Positions 62,024-64,000 of a DNA stretch of 64,000 bases are shown here, one piece after another (the first letter of the stretch is position 1; every line of letters starts with the position of its first letter). The position numbers were made by a program, and so were the translations under genes. Origin of the DNA: a virus (Duplodnaviria; Caudoviricetes); IMG/VR virus record IMGVR_UViG_3300038679_000016, positions 2,964 to 66,963 of that record. One strand, 5' to 3'. The notes beneath the pieces are model-generated. The model saw only the letters and a program-made list of their open reading frames with translations. It ran no database searches and was not told the DNA's origin.

Positions 62024-64000
62024 TTACTGAGTAACTCCGCCGATCTTACGAAACCGCTTCCACATGGCGGTGATAATCCCGCTGATTACCGACCGGCGGC
62101 CTGATGTGGCGGTATCATACCCCCTGAGATACGTTATCTCGTCGATTATCGCCGTCCTGTCTGTGTCATATTGGTCGATGGTCACAGGATCAACAATGGG
62201 ATTGTGCAAGCTGTCTGACAAAAACTTATGCTTCTCCAACAGCGCCACGATAACCAGTCTGGAAGTTTCGGCCTCGGTTGGGTGAGCCACCTTCACCCGG
62301 TTGTAGTAATAACTCCAGGTCTCCAAATATTTATAATCGTTGATCCCAGACCGAACAGCTTCATACTGAATAGTCGGCAGCATATTCAGAGTCGTACCAT
62401 CGCTGTGCTTGGACGGATATAGCATCACTTCATACGAGAAACCCACACGATATTCGTTATAACAATTGGCGGCAGACGAACCGTGGCCGTGCATATTAAT
62501 CATCTTGGCTCCGGTTAGCCAAGCCCAGAAACCGCACAATCTCCGATTAAGAGAAGGATGCTCAACCTCTGCCTGCCACCAGTACCCCACTTCCCGAGTG
62601 TCTGTCCGGTTTGCCGGGTCATAACTATCAGCAAGAAAGTCCTGGGATGCAAGAGTCTGTAGATGATAAATGGGTATGTCTACTGGCGAAGGAGTCAGGG
62701 CATCAAACAGCACCATGTCAGCATAAGGAGTCTGGCAAGACACCTCGGCTCCGGCCCCTGAAACCAGAGTGTCAATAAAGGCATGGAGGGCAATCTGACC
62801 ATTGCGATCCGCGGCACTGCTATAACTTGCCTCATTCATACCATAGAACTTTGACTTCTTGCCGGGGAAATACGTCTGCATCAAAGTGTGCATGGCGGTT
62901 ATGGTGGCTTGCTTGTTGGCCGTCAACGGGTCCGCTACCGTTATCAAGCAGCAGCACTCAGTAAACCCCAGCGCCGCCGCCCGGCTAAGAACGGTTTCGG
63001 TATAGGTATAATCATTCCAGAGTTTAGTGACACCAGATATTCCGGTGCCATCAAACACCAGATAGCCGCCATAAAGGTGAAGCCTGTTCAACCCATGATC
63101 CAGCATATCCTGCAAAAACCAGTCAACATAGGTGGCCCACCCTGCCGCATTAAGAAAACCCAGGCCATACCAGTAATCGGGGTGATTGGAATAATTAAGC
63201 ATCCAGTGAACATCAGTAGGACTCTGCAAAGCGAACGGCAAAATCTCCAAACTCAGAGTTAAAGTCTGAGCTGCAATCTCGTCAGCGTCAACCGTGATGG
63301 TGCAGGTATAAGTTCCCGCTACTGCATCGGCCGGGATTTTGGTTATGAGAACAAATTGCTTGGCGGTGTTTGCCAGGAAGTCGGTATCAACTCTGGTGGC
63401 TATGGGACACGTCGGCAATAGGTAGGTGGCCCCTACCGCCGCAGCATTGGACTGGAAAAGAGCGTTTGGGGGTTCAACCGTCTCCAGGGCTATCCGATCA
63501 TCATGCATAAGCAATTCTGGTATAAAGGTTGGCAAACCTGTAGTATCACCGGCGCTTTTTTGATACCAGTTGCGGACAACTCGCAGATCTAACTCTGTCG
63601 TGGGTATGACCGTCCCGCCGAAGGCAGTCTTGGTCACGAAGGCATTGGTCAAAGCTATTTTAGTATGGATGTTGAAGAATAGGGGAACGATCTCCCCCTT
63701 GGCTCCCTGATAACTGATGGTGGTTTTGATCTCACCTGCGGTTGGAACCGTGCCAGGATAGACTCTCTCGTATGCTTTTTTCTCAAAGAACACTACATCA
63801 GTACCAACCGCCCGGGCCGCACAATCAAGCGACAGCCCCCGGTGTTCCATGAAGGAGCAGATTCCGTCATCTACATATAGGTCCTCCACGTTGGCCCGAA
63901 AATCTACCGTCCCCCATTGATCAAAATGCCAGAAGGTTTTGCCCCCGGAGGTATAACTGCTGGTGCCCCAGGTGGTGCCTAACACGTCAAAGGTATCCAG
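62024..64000 (-). CDS. C-terminal part of large protein with glycoside-hydrolase-like (GH123/DUF4091-type) C-terminal region; starts beyond window end
   Basis: Frame open to 64000; PTIQYEAVRSGINDYKYL motif. Confidence 0.6.
   Translation of the reverse strand: MDTFDVLGTTWGTSSYTSGGKTFWHFDQWGTVDFRANVEDLYVDDGICSFMEHRGLSLDCAARAVGTDVVFFEKKAYERVYPGTVPTAGEIKTTISYQGAKGEIVPLFFNIHTKIALTNAFVTKTAFGGTVIPTTELDLRVVRNWYQKSAGDTTGLPTFIPELLMHDDRIALETVEPPNALFQSNAAAVGATYLLPTCPIATRVDTDFLANTAKQFVLITKIPADAVAGTYTCTITVDADEIAAQTLTLSLEILPFALQSPTDVHWMLNYSNHPDYWYGLGFLNAAGWATYVDWFLQDMLDHGLNRLHLYGGYLVFDGTGISGVTKLWNDYTYTETVLSRAAALGFTECCCLITVADPLTANKQATITAMHTLMQTYFPGKKSKFYGMNEASYSSAADRNGQIALHAFIDTLVSGAGAEVSCQTPYADMVLFDALTPSPVDIPIYHLQTLASQDFLADSYDPANRTDTREVGYWWQAEVEHPSLNRRLCGFWAWLTGAKMINMHGHGSSAANCYNEYRVGFSYEVMLYPSKHSDGTTLNMLPTIQYEAVRSGINDYKYLETWSYYYNRVKVAHPTEAETSRLVIVALLEKHKFLSDSLHNPIVDPVTIDQYDTDRTAIIDEITYLRGYDTATSGRRSVISGIITAMWKRFRKIGGVTQ

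Noticed and set aside
1-64000. tRNA, rRNA or IS elements
   Set aside because: No T-loop/cloverleaf, rRNA-like or transposase signatures seen by eye; tRNAscan-SE would be decisive

Overview
The window is most or all of a ~64 kb tailed-phage genome with a short-tail (podovirus-like) virion module. Truncated minus-strand virion ORFs run off both window ends, consistent with a circular or permuted genome slightly longer than the window. Positions 1-34.7 kb and 59.1-64 kb are transcribed leftward. They hold a terminase, P22-like portal, GroES-like protein, scaffold, major capsid, cement, head fibre, a glycosyltransferase/methyltransferase trio, adaptor, gp10-like hub, fibres, GNAT, a B12-radical SAM enzyme, three ejection proteins (one 2,423 aa), an AdoMetDC-like protein, a tailspike and lysis genes. 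Positions 35.7-59.1 kb are transcribed rightward. They hold many small genes, a PD-(D/E)XK nuclease, AAA recombinase, SSB-like protein, radical SAM, SLT, a ParB-methyltransferase fusion, a UDG-PolA fusion, a DEDDh exonuclease, a DUF3987-like helicase, TSCPD and HicB-like proteins. I found no integrase, tRNA, CRISPR array or reverse transcriptase. Four signals are not explained by the gene list. (1) Fifteen strictly intergenic copies of a 31-bp element, wwwAAT-CRYGTTAAA-N-TTTAACRYG-RTNNCT, are spread over 52 kb. (2) Two tandem sigma54 (-24/-12) promoters with IHF-consensus sites head the rightward arm. (3) Four unrelated proteins end in the same C-terminal motif, IDMxDFx-stop. (4) Modification enzymes are embedded in the virion operon. 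Family assignments are by motif recognition only; no database searches were run.
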